From NCBI GenBank assembly GCA_014874255.1, contig JACWAN010000086.1, positions 1-59,473 on the forward strand: a stretch of 59,473 nucleotides of DNA. Reading direction: 5' to 3'. The stretch is from Candidatus Woesearchaeota archaeon. Its GTDB lineage: Archaea > Nanobdellota > Nanobdellia > Woesearchaeales > UBA525. Shown here piece after piece: positions 30,298 to 40,467 of the stretch. The notes under the pieces are model-generated. The model was not told where the DNA came from, made no database searches, and was given only the letters and a program-made list of their open reading frames with translations. How positions within the stretch are numbered: position 1 is the stretch's first letter; every line of letters starts with the position of its first letter. Both the position numbers and the translations under genes were made by a program.

Positions 30298-31311
30298 ATG
30301 AAGGAAGCGCTCTTCTGGAAGAAGCGGGACGACGGCAGCGTCGTCTGCGAGCTCTGCCCGCGGCGGTGCGTCTTGCGTGAAGGGCAGCTCGGCGGCTGCG
30401 GCACGCGCGGCGTGAAGGACGGGACGCTCTACGCGCTCACGTACGCGAAACCCTGCGCGATCCACGTCGACCCCGTCGAGAAGAAACCCCTGTTCCATTT
30501 CTATCCCGGCGAGCCGATCCTCAGCCTGGCGACCGTCGGCTGCAACCTCTTCTGCGACTTCTGCCAGAACTGGGAGATCAGCAAGCGGCGCGCGGAGGCG
30601 CTCGGGCAGGAGGAGGATGTCCCTCCTGAAAGGATCGTCGCGCTCGCCGAGGAGGCGGGCTGCCGGCTCATCGCGTTCACGTACACCGAGCCCACCGTCT
30701 TCTACGAGTACATGCTCGCCATCGCGACGCTCGCGAAGAAGCGGAAGATGGAATGCGCGATCGTGAGCAACGGCTACATCGAGGAAGCGCCGCTGCAGAA
30801 GCTCATCCCGCTCATCGCCGCGGCGAACATCGACCTGAAAGGCTCGAAGGAGTTCTACAGGAAGAGATGCAAGGTCCCGGACCACGAACGGATCAAGAAG
30901 ACGGTCGTCGCGCTGAAGGACGGGGGGGTCCACGTCGAGATCACCAACCTCTTGATCCCGGGCGAGAACGACTCGGACGAAGAGATCGAACGGCTCGCGA
31001 AATGGATCGCCGCGAACGTCGGGAAGGGGACGCCGCTCCACTTCAGCGCGTTCCACCCCGACTATAAGATGCTCAACGCGGGTTCGACGCCCGTCCGGAC
31101 TTTGCTCCGTGCGAGAGGGATCGCGAAGAGGCATCTCGACTTCGTCTATCTCGGCAACGTGCCCGGCCTGGAGAACGGCACGCGCTGCCCGGGATGCGAC
31201 GCGCTCCTCGTCGACCGTTCCCAGCACGCGGGCGTCTCCTTCCTCGAGGACGGTCGCTGCCCGACCTGCAAGAGACCGCTGCCGGGACGGTTTTCCGGCG
31301 GGAAGAGATAA
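30298..31311 (+). CDS. AmmeMemoRadiSam-type radical SAM protein (PFL-activase-like)
   Basis: CELCPRRC, DPVEKKPLFHF.PG, CxxxCxxC (CNLFCDFCQNWEIS), TYTEP, YLGNV. Confidence 0.9.
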   Translation: MKEALFWKKRDDGSVVCELCPRRCVLREGQLGGCGTRGVKDGTLYALTYAKPCAIHVDPVEKKPLFHFYPGEPILSLATVGCNLFCDFCQNWEISKRRAEALGQEEDVPPERIVALAEEAGCRLIAFTYTEPTVFYEYMLAIATLAKKRKMECAIVSNGYIEEAPLQKLIPLIAAANIDLKGSKEFYRKRCKVPDHERIKKTVVALKDGGVHVEITNLLIPGENDSDEEIERLAKWIAANVGKGTPLHFSAFHPDYKMLNAGSTPVRTLLRARGIAKRHLDFVYLGNVPGLENGTRCPGCDALLVDRSQHAGVSFLEDGRCPTCKRPLPGRFSGGKR

Positions 31312-31384
31312 TCCCCCCGTTTCCCGGAACCTGTCCGTCTTTTCTCCCGCAACGCTTTTCTAGGATGAGCCCCCACGACGGCGC

Positions 31385-33559
31385 ATGGCATCTTCACGCG
31401 GAGCGCTCATCGGCGTACGTCCCGTCCTCCTCCTCGTCTTCACGTACTCCCTCCTCTTCCCGTTCTTCTCGCTCTCTTCCTCCCCCGTCGCCGCGGTCTC
31501 CTTCTCCGAGATCCATTACGACCCCGACGGCGCGGACGCCGGGCACGAGTTCCTCGAGCTGGCGGACGCGCCCTCGCTCGCGGGCTGGACGATCGCCGAC
31601 CCCTCCTCCAACGACACGCTCGTCCTCCTCCGGAACGCCTCTTCTTCCCCCGCGACCGCGCTCATCGTGGACGACGGGTTCGACTACGCCGGACTGGGCT
31701 GCGCAATCTACTCCGCGGGCGGCGCAATCGGGAATGGCCTCAACAACGGAGGGGATGCGCTCACGCTCACCAGCCCCGACGGGAACCTCTCGCTCGTCGC
31801 GGTCTACTCCGGCGGCGCCTCCGCGGGACGCTCGCTCGTCCTCGTCGACGGGAACTGGACGTGGGGCGTCGTCGGCGGAACCCCCTGCCTTCCAGAAACG
31901 ATGAACGGTACGCAAGGAACGGATACGACGAACACGACCGGAACGACGGAGAATGAATCGACGAGCACCGCCGACGACAACGAGACCGTCTCGCTCAGCA
32001 TCGTCCTGCCGTCGACGGTCTACCTCGGCGTGAACTACTCCTCCTTGTTCCGCGTCACGAACAACGTGCACATGCCCGGCGAGACCGCGTACGTCAACGT
32101 CACCGTCGCGTACACCGTCACCCGGGACGGTCTCCCCTTCCTGAACGCCTCGTTCGCCCGCGCGGTGAATTCCTACACGACGACCGCGACCGGCTCCCTG
32201 CTCCTCGACGGGCCGGGGAACTACACGCTCTGCGGCACGGTCGTCGACGTCGTCGACGCCGGAATGAATGTCACGTCGAACACCTCATCCGATTCTTCAC
32301 CCGTCTGCGCTCCCTTCGCGGCGGTCGACCCGTACGCCATCCCCTGCGACGTCACGCTCGCGCTCGACCTCGCGGACGACGCGCTGATCCGCGACGCCGG
32401 CTCGCCCGTGAAGTTCCGCACGCTCGTGCAGCGGAACGACGACGCGTGGCTGCCGCCGTTCGTCGTCGAGTACGGCGTCTACGCCCTGGACGGCAGCCCG
32501 CTGACGCTCAAGGAGTCGGAGAACGCGAACCAGAAGAGCTACACGCCGCGCTGCGGCGGCGACGTCTGCGTCTACATCCTCAGGGGCCGGCTCGCCATGG
32601 TGGCGTGCAACAACTCCGCGCAGCAGACCGGGGACGAGCGGCTCCTCGTCGTCCGCGGCGATCCGGCCGCGTCGCCTTCTCCCGAGTCTTCGCTCAGCTT
32701 CGGCGACCTCCACGAGCCGAAAGCCGGCTACGGGGCGGGCGACACGATGCGCGTCGACGTCACCGTGTACCGAGGGGACACGGGCAAGTACGCGGTGAAG
32801 CTCTGGGTCGAGGATGCGGACGGGAAGAAGGCGTCCGACGTCACCTCGTTCTCGGCGAGGACGCGGTTCACGCGCTACGACGCGACGCTCCCCGTCGTGC
32901 TGCACGACGGCCTGAAGGACGGGACGTACCGGGTGGTGCTCGACGGGCTGGACGAACAGGTCGCGGAAGAGATACGGATTGGATCATCGTCAAAAACCAC
33001 GAAAAACAACTCCGTCAATGAACTCGCACATCCCGTCATCGCTTCGTTCTACACCCGCGCGCGGAAGGCCGCGAAGAACGTCACGCTCGCCGCCTCGTTG
33101 GATGGGGGCGGGAACTACACCGTGGAACTGCTCGGTCTCGCGGACCATCACGAGGAGCGCGTTGAACTCGTCGGCCCTCTCCAATACCGGCAAGCCGTCG
33201 CCCTCTTCCCCGGGCCGAACCTCTTCGTCCTCCGGCTGCGCGACAAGAAAGGGATCGCCGCCGAACGCTCCTTGCTCCTCGAGATGGGCGAGAACATCAC
33301 CGCGGTCGATTCCTTCACGCTGCCGCCGCTCGCGTGCGTCGCCTCCTCCTCGCCGAAGAACGGCGAATCATCCGGCGTCGGGAAGGGCGCGACGGGGAAC
33401 GCCTCGTCGCTTCCTCCTCTTTCCGATCCCTCTTCCTCGCCCTCGTTGCTCACCGGCGGCGTGACGTACGCGGCCGAGCACACGACGGACATCCTCCCGG
33501 TGCTGCTCGGCGTGATCGGCCTGCTCCTCCTCGGCATCGCGCTGCAGCAGCGACGGTAG
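31385..33559 (+). CDS. Secreted/membrane-anchored lamin-tail-domain surface glycoprotein
   Basis: Signal peptide, FSEIHYDPDG.D..HEFLEL, LNNGGD motif, many N-x-S/T sequons, C-terminal TM helix. Confidence 0.8.
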   Translation: MASSRGALIGVRPVLLLVFTYSLLFPFFSLSSSPVAAVSFSEIHYDPDGADAGHEFLELADAPSLAGWTIADPSSNDTLVLLRNASSSPATALIVDDGFDYAGLGCAIYSAGGAIGNGLNNGGDALTLTSPDGNLSLVAVYSGGASAGRSLVLVDGNWTWGVVGGTPCLPETMNGTQGTDTTNTTGTTENESTSTADDNETVSLSIVLPSTVYLGVNYSSLFRVTNNVHMPGETAYVNVTVAYTVTRDGLPFLNASFARAVNSYTTTATGSLLLDGPGNYTLCGTVVDVVDAGMNVTSNTSSDSSPVCAPFAAVDPYAIPCDVTLALDLADDALIRDAGSPVKFRTLVQRNDDAWLPPFVVEYGVYALDGSPLTLKESENANQKSYTPRCGGDVCVYILRGRLAMVACNNSAQQTGDERLLVVRGDPAASPSPESSLSFGDLHEPKAGYGAGDTMRVDVTVYRGDTGKYAVKLWVEDADGKKASDVTSFSARTRFTRYDATLPVVLHDGLKDGTYRVVLDGLDEQVAEEIRIGSSSKTTKNNSVNELAHPVIASFYTRARKAAKNVTLAASLDGGGNYTVELLGLADHHEERVELVGPLQYRQAVALFPGPNLFVLRLRDKKGIAAERSLLLEMGENITAVDSFTLPPLACVASSSPKNGESSGVGKGATGNASSLPPLSDPSSSPSLLTGGVTYAAEHTTDILPVLLGVIGLLLLGIALQQRR

Positions 33560-33725
33560 CTTCATCGCCACGGCCTAGCTGTCCTCGCTCCGCTGCGGGG
33601 CGATCGTCGGGCGCTCACGATTATGCAGTCGCTTCGGTCCAGTCACTGCGTTCCTGGCCGACTCGTATAACTCGTCGCTCCCGCATGTTCGCGCCCGTCA
33701 ATCGTGCCAAGGTGGCGATGAAGCT
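33558..33725. repeat. Structured intergenic element family A, copy 4
   Basis: 14-bp outer stem AGCTTCATCGCCAC/GTGGCGATGAAGCT, AAG bulge, inner CGGGCGC/GCGCCCG, expanded apical domain. Confidence 0.8.
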
Positions 33726-33824
33726 CCACGCGGATGGAACGTTTGCGTCTTTTTCCCGCTCGCCGACCTAAACCTTTTTATACGAGCGCAGCGGCTTCCC
33801 CTCCAAAAAAAGGGGGTGTCGGTC

Positions 33825-34079
33825 ATGTCCATGCAGAACCTTCGCAGGCACGAGGTCCTCGGCCTCTTCTACCACTTCCTCGGCGCCACGTGCGTCGGCA
33901 TCGGGATCTACTACGCGGTCTGGGCCGCCACGAGGAGCATCTTCTACCGCAGCCTCTCCCTCGTCCAGGGATGGGAGTGGCTCGTCTTCCCGTTCCTCTT
34001 CGGCCTCGGCGCGGTCCTCTGGACGCTCGGCTCCATCGAGGTGAAGGAGGCGAAGCCCGGCTACGGGTTCAAGCGGTAA
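33825..34079 (+). CDS. Small two-TM membrane protein
   Basis: Two hydrophobic helices; TATA-like TTTTATA at about 33776. Confidence 0.7.
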   Translation: MSMQNLRRHEVLGLFYHFLGATCVGIGIYYAVWAATRSIFYRSLSLVQGWEWLVFPFLFGLGAVLWTLGSIEVKEAKPGYGFKR

Positions 34080-34113
34080 GAACGTCGTTTCGTGAACGCG
34101 GTTCCGGTTCGGA

Positions 34114-34316
34114 GCGCGGCGCCGGCCAAAGGGCGAGGCGTGGCGAAGAAAAGAGCAATGAGCGACGGGGGTCGCCCCCCTACGGGGCGTCTCCGAGCCA
34201 CACGAGGAGAAACAGGGGCGCGTCTGCGCGACTGTGTCGTGGAGTGTGCGATAACACTCGCGATACGCCGAGCATGTCCGAGTCATACGAGGACCGGCAG
34301 GAGCGTCAGCGACTGC
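34114..34316. repeat. TIR-less family B core plus REP-like hairpins
   Basis: GCCGGCCAAAGGGCGAGGCGTGGCGAA and GGGGGTCGCCCCCTACGGGG; hairpins at 34276-34294 and 34297-34316. Confidence 0.6.
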
Positions 34317-34341
34317 AGCCCGCGCCGCTCGAAGAACAAGA

Positions 34342-34827
34342 ATGGTGATGCTCATGGGATGCGACCTCTGCGGCAAGGAAGGCACGCTCTTCCAGACACG
34401 GATTGAAGGGACGGTGATGACGGTCTGCGCCTCGTGTGCGGAGTACGGCGAAGTCGTCCGACGGGTGCCCGGCGCGCTCGAGAAGAAGCGAGAGGAGAAG
34501 CGGAAAGGGAAGGAGCCCGAGCCGCAGACGCAGTCCTTCGGCCGCGGCGAGACGATCCTCCTCGTCAAAGCCGATTACGCGAAACGGATTAAGGCCGCCC
34601 GCGAGAAGCTCAACCTCAAGCAGGAAGACCTCGCCAAGCGGCTCCGGATGAAGGAGAGCCAGCTCCACGCGTACGAGTCCGGCCACCACAAGCCCGACCT
34701 CGAGACCGCGAGAACCCTCGAGAAAGAGCTGAAGATCAGCCTCGTCGAGGAGCACGTCGAGGAACGCCAGGAACGCCGCGCCGCCTCTTCCGGGCCGCTC
34801 ACCATCGGCGACCTGCTCAAGCGATGA
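34342..34827 (+). CDS. Archaeal MBF1 (Zn ribbon + HTH, TIGR00270-like)
   Basis: CDLCG...IEG..M.VCASC..YG; HTH IKAAREKLNLKQEDLA; C-terminal LTIGDLL. Confidence 0.9.
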   Translation: MVMLMGCDLCGKEGTLFQTRIEGTVMTVCASCAEYGEVVRRVPGALEKKREEKRKGKEPEPQTQSFGRGETILLVKADYAKRIKAAREKLNLKQEDLAKRLRMKESQLHAYESGHHKPDLETARTLEKELKISLVEEHVEERQERRAASSGPLTIGDLLKR

Positions 34828-34854
34828 GCCGAAGAAGGCCCTCTTCCTTCCCCG

Positions 34855-35535
34855 TCAGCCGCCTTGCAGCGCCGTCTGCATCGTGCCCGTGTCCATCGTC
34901 GCGTTCGTCGCGTCGAGGACGGCGAGGAGGAGCGCGTTCTTGGACTGGAAGCCCGCGTACGGCCGGTCGTTGACGACGATGAACGGCGTCTCGTTCACCC
35001 CGTACTGCTGCTCGAGGGTGGCGAGCGACGTCACCGGGAGGTTCTTGTCGAAGCTGAAGATCTGCACGTCGGGGTAGTTCTTGCGGAGCCAGGTGAGGAT
35101 GAACCCCTGCTCCTGGCACTCCGGGCATTCGCCCTTCGCGTTCGAGTAGAAGTAGAGGACGAGCGTCCGGTTCGTGCCGCACGTCTTGTCGAGCTGCTTC
35201 ATGAAGAGCCACTGCCGCAGCTCGAGGAGCGAGTAGTACGATTTCATCCCGATGACCTGCGTGTTGTCCGGGCCGAGGACGTTCTCCATGAAGTCGAGCC
35301 GGACGCTCAGGTCGTAGAGCTCGTTCGTGAGGGGCGTCGTGTTGATGAACGCGCACGGGTTCTCCTGGACGAGGCTGTACTGCATCTCCGTGTCCATCGT
35401 CTGGGTGCGGAGGTCGTTCTGGAGGTCGCTGACCTGCTGGAGCTTCTGCGTCGAGGTGTAGCTGCCGAGGAGGATGCCGAAGAGGAAGATCGCCACCGTG
35501 ACGAAGAGGACGAAGACGTACTTCTGCCATGCCAT
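34855..35535 (-). CDS. Conserved membrane-anchored protein with thioredoxin-like CxxC C-terminal domain
   Basis: MAWQKYVFVLF TM anchor; LYFYS...CPEC..QG.IL; YGVNETPFIVVN. Confidence 0.75.
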   Translation of the reverse strand: MAWQKYVFVLFVTVAIFLFGILLGSYTSTQKLQQVSDLQNDLRTQTMDTEMQYSLVQENPCAFINTTPLTNELYDLSVRLDFMENVLGPDNTQVIGMKSYYSLLELRQWLFMKQLDKTCGTNRTLVLYFYSNAKGECPECQEQGFILTWLRKNYPDVQIFSFDKNLPVTSLATLEQQYGVNETPFIVVNDRPYAGFQSKNALLLAVLDATNATMDTGTMQTALQGG

Positions 35536-35561
35536 CCGTTTCAGCCCGTTCCGTTTCCCGT

Positions 35562-36818
35562 TCATCCCGACACCTCGTATTCGCTCTTGTGGTTCCAGCC
35601 CGTGTCCTTCCCCGCGAGTTTGTATGCCCCGGCGGCGAGCCACCAGAACGCGAAGAGCAGCCAGTAGAGGAGGAAGAAGAGGAGGTAGGAGAGCTTCCAC
35701 GGCCGTTTGTCCTGGGCGAGGCGGCGCGAGACGAAGAAGAGCGTCAGTCCGACGACGAGGCTCGCAAACGAGATTATGACGACGGCGTTCGTGTTGATGA
35801 AGAACGCGTCGAAGTGCGGCGTGAGCATCTTCCAGAGGTCGAAGTTGACCGCGGCGTAGTACTGGATGTTCTGCCACGTGTCGACGACAATTTTTCCAAG
35901 CACGTAGACGCCGCTCACGATGACGAGGAGGACGCTGAGCAGCGCCGTCGGGAGGATGAAGAGGCCGAGGTTGCCGTGCTCCTTCGAGAAGAGCCGCTTG
36001 TAGTCGAGGACGTTGCTGAGGAAGCCGTAGTACCACCGGAGCCGCTGCTTGTAGAGGCTGCGGAACGTGTTCGGGCCGTGCGTGTAGACGTACGCGTCCG
36101 TCGCGTTCTCGATCTGGTAGTGGTGCGACTGTATCCTGAGGGCGACCTCGATGTCCTCGGTGCGGTGCGCCTCGCGGTAATAGCCGTGCTTCTCGAAGAA
36201 CGCGCGCCGGTAGATCGTGAACGGGCCCGGCGTCACGTGCTGGCTGCCGAGGTCGGCGAACACCCGTCTCAGGAGGATGCCCATGGTGAACTCGACGGAT
36301 TGGATGCGGCGGAGCACGCCCTTCTCGTCCCTGATCTTCATCGAGGGGGTGACGGCCATGATATCCGGGCCGGTGAACCGGCTGATGATCTTGCGCAGCG
36401 CGTCCGGCTCGACCGTCGAGTCCGCGTCGAGGGCGCCGACGAACTCCGCCTTCGTCCTCTTGAGGGCGAGGTTGAGCGCGGTGTGCTTGCCCCCGTTCTC
36501 CTTGCGGAGGAGGGCGACGCCGCGCTTCCGGTACTGCGCGGCGGCCTTGTACGTGCCGTCCGTGCTCCCGTCGTCGACGACGACGATCTCGAGCCTCTCC
36601 TGGGGGTAGTCGAGCGCCAGCAGCGACTCGATCGTCTTCCCGACGGTGCGTTCCTCGTTGTAGCACGGCACGATGATCGCGACGGCGGGGTAGCGGCGCG
36701 GCCGTCCCGCGGTCGTGGTCTTGCCCCAGTTCTCGTAGAGCGTGAAGAGGTAGAAGAGCGCGGTGTAGAGCCCGAAGAAGGAGACGATGTAGATGAGCCA
36801 GTCGTTGAACGTGATCAT
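35562..36818 (-). CDS. GT2 family processive glycosyltransferase (cellulose synthase/PgaC-like)
   Basis: IIVPCYNEE, DDGSTD, LDAD, TED, QRLRW; C-terminal TMs. Confidence 0.92.
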   Translation of the reverse strand: MITFNDWLIYIVSFFGLYTALFYLFTLYENWGKTTTAGRPRRYPAVAIIVPCYNEERTVGKTIESLLALDYPQERLEIVVVDDGSTDGTYKAAAQYRKRGVALLRKENGGKHTALNLALKRTKAEFVGALDADSTVEPDALRKIISRFTGPDIMAVTPSMKIRDEKGVLRRIQSVEFTMGILLRRVFADLGSQHVTPGPFTIYRRAFFEKHGYYREAHRTEDIEVALRIQSHHYQIENATDAYVYTHGPNTFRSLYKQRLRWYYGFLSNVLDYKRLFSKEHGNLGLFILPTALLSVLLVIVSGVYVLGKIVVDTWQNIQYYAAVNFDLWKMLTPHFDAFFINTNAVVIISFASLVVGLTLFFVSRRLAQDKRPWKLSYLLFFLLYWLLFAFWWLAAGAYKLAGKDTGWNHKSEYEVSG

Positions 36819-38347
36819 TGCGCCGCCCCGCTCCCTGTCGCGTCGGCCGTCGGGCCGGTCGTTCCCGTCGCCGTGCCGGCCGGCGCGGCGCCGGTCCCCG
36901 CGGGCGGCGTGTACTTCCAGAGCTCTTCCTGCGGGTCGGCTGCGACCCTCTTAAACCTTTCGCTGTGGTCGAGGAGGAAGAGCAGGCCTTCGTCGTCGCG
37001 GTTCCAGACCGCGCCGTCCCGCATCTCCTGCGTGATGAGCAGGTAGGTGATGTTGTACTCGGCGAGGATCGGTTCCGCGTCGTCCATGCGCCACGTGTAG
37101 TAGAGTCGCTCGACGTCGTTGCACCGCTCGGAGGGGCTGTCGCACTCGTGCTCGCGCGGCAGCGCGGGGTGGCCGGCGAGCGCCTCGACGAACGGCGAGA
37201 GCGCCGGCGGCGAGAGGACGACGCCCCCGTCCGGCGGCAGGGCGGCGAGCGTCCGCACCAGCTTGTCCGTCGGCGGCTCGCGCGTGATCGCCCCGATGTG
37301 CGTCAGCAGCAGGAAGAGGAGGAGGCACGCGACGAGCAGCAGGACGAGCGGCTGCGCGTCCCTGAGGCTCCACTTCCTCCGGGCGAGCCGCGCGACGAGG
37401 CCGGCCGCGAGGACGGACGACGCGAAGCCGGCGACGACGCGGAAACCCTGTTCGAGCGGCGAGACGGCGAGCGCCGCCAGGAAGAGGAGGAACGCCGCCC
37501 GTCCCTCGCGCTCGTCCCACGCGGCGACGCCCTCCATGACGGCGAGGCCGGCGAGCACCAGGGAGAGGCCGTTCACGGCGCCGAACTCCGCGACCTGCAC
37601 CGAGGGGATGAACGTGACCGGAGAGAGGAAGAGCATCGAGGCCGCCGCCGCGGGGAGGGCGACGAGGCTCGCGACGGCCGTCGGCCGTCGCCGCTTCGTC
37701 AGGAGGAGGAGCGCCGCCGCGAGCGCCGCCGCGGCCGTGGGCGAGAGGAGCGCCGTGAGCGGGAGCGCGACGGCCAGGAGGCGGTCGCGTCCCTCCTTCG
37801 CGGCCACCGCGGCGAGCAGGCCGAGGGGGACGACGAGCGTCATGGGCGTCATCGCGGTGAAGACGCTGAGGAAGAGCGGGTTGACGAGGAAGAGGAGGAG
37901 GGCGATTGTGCGCTCGTGCTCGTGGCGCAGCAGCCCCTTCGCGAGCCGCGCGAAGAGGTACGCGGCCGCGAGGCCGAGGAGGACGCTCGCGAGGATGCGC
38001 GCGTCGCCGAGCGGCGACAGGGCCGTGAGGAAGAGGTCGTACGCGCCGGCGTGCTGGCTGAGCCCGTGGAGGTGCGCGTACGACTCCGCGCCTGGGATGA
38101 GCGGGTTGCCTGCGAGGACGCGGAGCAGGAGCGGCACCAGGAGGAGGAGCCCGCCTCCGAGGAGCAGCAGCTCGGTGGCGAGCGGCGCGAGGAGCCGCGC
38201 CGCCCATTCGCCCGCGACGCGTCCGGTCCCCGCTTTCCTCAGGATGTTCCCCGTCCCCGCTTTCCCCGGGCCGCTCCCCGGGCCGTTCGCGGGGCCGCTT
38301 CCCGGGCCGCTCCCCGTTCCGCGCGTCTCTTCTTCCCGGGGCGCCAT
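36815..38347 (-). CDS. Polytopic membrane protein, GT-C-like with AglB-core-like C-terminal domain
   Basis: Many TMs, GAESYAH luminal motif, YNITYLLIT..M...VW; start MAPREE overlaps the upstream stop by 1 nt. Confidence 0.65.
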   Translation of the reverse strand: MAPREEETRGTGSGPGSGPANGPGSGPGKAGTGNILRKAGTGRVAGEWAARLLAPLATELLLLGGGLLLLVPLLLRVLAGNPLIPGAESYAHLHGLSQHAGAYDLFLTALSPLGDARILASVLLGLAAAYLFARLAKGLLRHEHERTIALLLFLVNPLFLSVFTAMTPMTLVVPLGLLAAVAAKEGRDRLLAVALPLTALLSPTAAAALAAALLLLTKRRRPTAVASLVALPAAAASMLFLSPVTFIPSVQVAEFGAVNGLSLVLAGLAVMEGVAAWDEREGRAAFLLFLAALAVSPLEQGFRVVAGFASSVLAAGLVARLARRKWSLRDAQPLVLLLVACLLLFLLLTHIGAITREPPTDKLVRTLAALPPDGGVVLSPPALSPFVEALAGHPALPREHECDSPSERCNDVERLYYTWRMDDAEPILAEYNITYLLITQEMRDGAVWNRDDEGLLFLLDHSERFKRVAADPQEELWKYTPPAGTGAAPAGTATGTTGPTADATGSGAAQ

Positions 38348-39855
38348 CAACGCGCCTCCGCGACGCTCGGCGCGCTGAGCGTGCAGTTGACGCTGAGCAC
38401 CAGCGTCTGCGGGTTCCGGTACGCGATGGGGAAGCACGTCCGGTCCTGGAGGACGGCGCCGAACTCCTGGTAGCGCGCGTTCTCCGCGGGGCCGACGAGG
38501 ATGTACGAGACGTTGTACCGCGCCAGGACCTCCGTGGCCGCGACCGTCGACGGCGTGGTGTACGCCTGGTCCAGGTCGCCGAGGATCGCGTCCGGGTTCG
38601 AGATGAGGAGGTAGTTCTCGTCCGCGATCGACGGCCGATGGGCGAGCTCGTCGAGGAGGAAGCCGCTCTTCGGCGCGGCGAGGACGACGCTCCCGGCCGG
38701 CGTGCTGTTCCGGAGCCACGCCATCGCGTCGAGCTCGCTCTGCGTCGGGCTGCTGCCCGGGTAGACGCCCGCGACGATGGCGGGGAGCACGCTCGTCAGG
38801 ACGAAGAAGGCGATGAGGAGCGCGACGCCCCACGGCTGCAGGCGGGTGAAGCGCGACTTGCGCCAGTACGCGGCGAGGACGCTCAGCGCGGGCGCCGCCA
38901 GCAGGACGAAGACGATGCTGAGGAGGATGAGCGCGGTGCGGAGCGGGAGGAGCTGCGCGAACCCGGTGAGGAGGGCGACGAGGCCGAGGGCGGCGAGGAA
39001 GAAGACGCGCCTGCTCCGCTGCTCGAACGAGGAGCGGTAGAGGCTGGCGCTGCCCAGCATGAGGGGGACGACGCCGACCGCGTAGACCATGCCGAGGAGC
39101 GTGAACTCGCCGAAGCTCGCCAGCCGCACCGTCGTGGGGAGGCTGCCGGCGAGGATGCCGAAGCCGTAGCGCTGGAGCGCGTCCTTGTACGTGATGATCG
39201 TATACCAGGCGGCGAGCAGGAAGGCGAAGAGCGCCGCCTCCGTCATGGCGGGCGTGATCCGCATCTTCTCCGCGGCGAGGATGAGGAAGTAGGCGACGAA
39301 CGCGGCGAGGAAGACCCAGACGAGGGGCGAGACGAAGGTGAGCGCCGCCGCCGCGATGAGCGCCCGCAACGGGTGTTCCTCGAGGTCGAGCAGCGCGAGG
39401 ACGAAGGCCGCGCCGAGGGGGAGGGCGAGGCTGATCGTCGAGGCGTCGTTGAGGCCGCTCGTGAAGAGGAGGGGCGAGAACCCGGCGAAGAGCGCCACCA
39501 GGAGGCTGACGCCCCGGCTCTTGGTGAGGCGGTGCGCGATCAGGTACGCGATGGGGACGAGCGTCGCCATGAGGATGTTCGGGACGATTTTCATGGCTGC
39601 TGCCGCGGGCGCGACGAGGGTGACCAGCGCCAGGAGGTAGTAGAAGAGCGGCGGGAACTCGTATCTGCGTCCTTCGTAGCTGTACGGGTCCGTGTACTCG
39701 GGCAGCCCGGTCTTGTGGATCGCTTCCGTCTGGAGGATGGTGAAGTAGCTCTGGTAGCTCGGCTGCGCCGTCTGGTAGGCGACGAGCAGCCGGAGCCCGA
39801 GGACGAGGAGCGTCAGCCCGAGGAGGAGCAGCCCGTACTTCGTGCGGCTGTGCAT
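38347..39855 (-). CDS. Polytopic membrane protein, GT-C-like with AglB-core-like C-terminal domain
   Basis: D.YSYEGR..FPPLFYYLL; DAMAWLRNSTP..SVVLA; RYNVSYILV. Confidence 0.7.
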   Translation of the reverse strand: MHSRTKYGLLLLGLTLLVLGLRLLVAYQTAQPSYQSYFTILQTEAIHKTGLPEYTDPYSYEGRRYEFPPLFYYLLALVTLVAPAAAAMKIVPNILMATLVPIAYLIAHRLTKSRGVSLLVALFAGFSPLLFTSGLNDASTISLALPLGAAFVLALLDLEEHPLRALIAAAALTFVSPLVWVFLAAFVAYFLILAAEKMRITPAMTEAALFAFLLAAWYTIITYKDALQRYGFGILAGSLPTTVRLASFGEFTLLGMVYAVGVVPLMLGSASLYRSSFEQRSRRVFFLAALGLVALLTGFAQLLPLRTALILLSIVFVLLAAPALSVLAAYWRKSRFTRLQPWGVALLIAFFVLTSVLPAIVAGVYPGSSPTQSELDAMAWLRNSTPAGSVVLAAPKSGFLLDELAHRPSIADENYLLISNPDAILGDLDQAYTTPSTVAATEVLARYNVSYILVGPAENARYQEFGAVLQDRTCFPIAYRNPQTLVLSVNCTLSAPSVAEAR

Positions 39856-39925
39856 GCCCTTCCGAAGAACCGGCCGCGTTTAAAAACGTTCTCGGGGAGT
39901 TTAAATAAGGCGCCGGTCCAGGGCA

Positions 39926-40148
39926 CCCTTTTTTTTCCGGACCGTCGTCCCTCCTTCCCGTCTCTTCTTTTCCCTTCCTTCTCCCCCTTCCATCCCTCGT
40001 TCTTTTTCCGTTCGTCGTCCCGTCGTTCCGTCCCGTCCTTTCCGTCCGTTTTTTTCCGTTCCGTCTTTTCCGTTCCGTCTTTCTTCGGCCGTCCTGTTTT
40101 TCCCTTCTCTCTTTCCCCTCCGTCTTTTCCGTCCCGTCGTTCTTCCAT
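39926..40148. repeat. Polypyrimidine low-complexity tract (TTCCGT-like units)
   Basis: About 220 nt almost free of A on the plus strand. Confidence 0.7.
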
Positions 40149-40363
40149 CGTCCCCGTCAGCCCCTTGGCACAAGGCCCGGCGGCGAGGATGCGGCCGCAG
40201 CCGCATAATCCCGAGCCGCAGTCGCTAGCGCTCCTGCGCACGATGCTCAGAAACCGCGGTTTCTGGCATCCCGGAAACGCACGGCGTTTCCCGTGACTTC
40301 GTCGTTGCGCCGTCAAAATCTCGGACCGGATGGGAGAACTGCTCGGCCGGGCTGACGGGGACG
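40149..40363. repeat. Structured intergenic element family A, copy 5 (inverted)
   Basis: 15-bp outer stem CGTCCCCGTCAGCCC/GGGCTGACGGGGACG, CTT bulge, CTCGGACCGGATGGGAGAAC = reverse complement of the family motif. Confidence 0.75.
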
Positions 40364-40467
40364 GAAGGAAAGGGCCTGAGAAAGGAAAACGCGGCGAAGC
40401 CGCCTCCGGAGATTCTCCACCCGCGAGTCAGGAAGATTTTTTAACACCGGAAACTTCCCGTCCGGCC

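Noticed and set aside
30298..31311. Radical SAM enzyme as an antiviral viperin or RiPP maturase
   Set aside because: Motifs match the widespread AmmeMemoRadiSam family; no precursor peptide nearby
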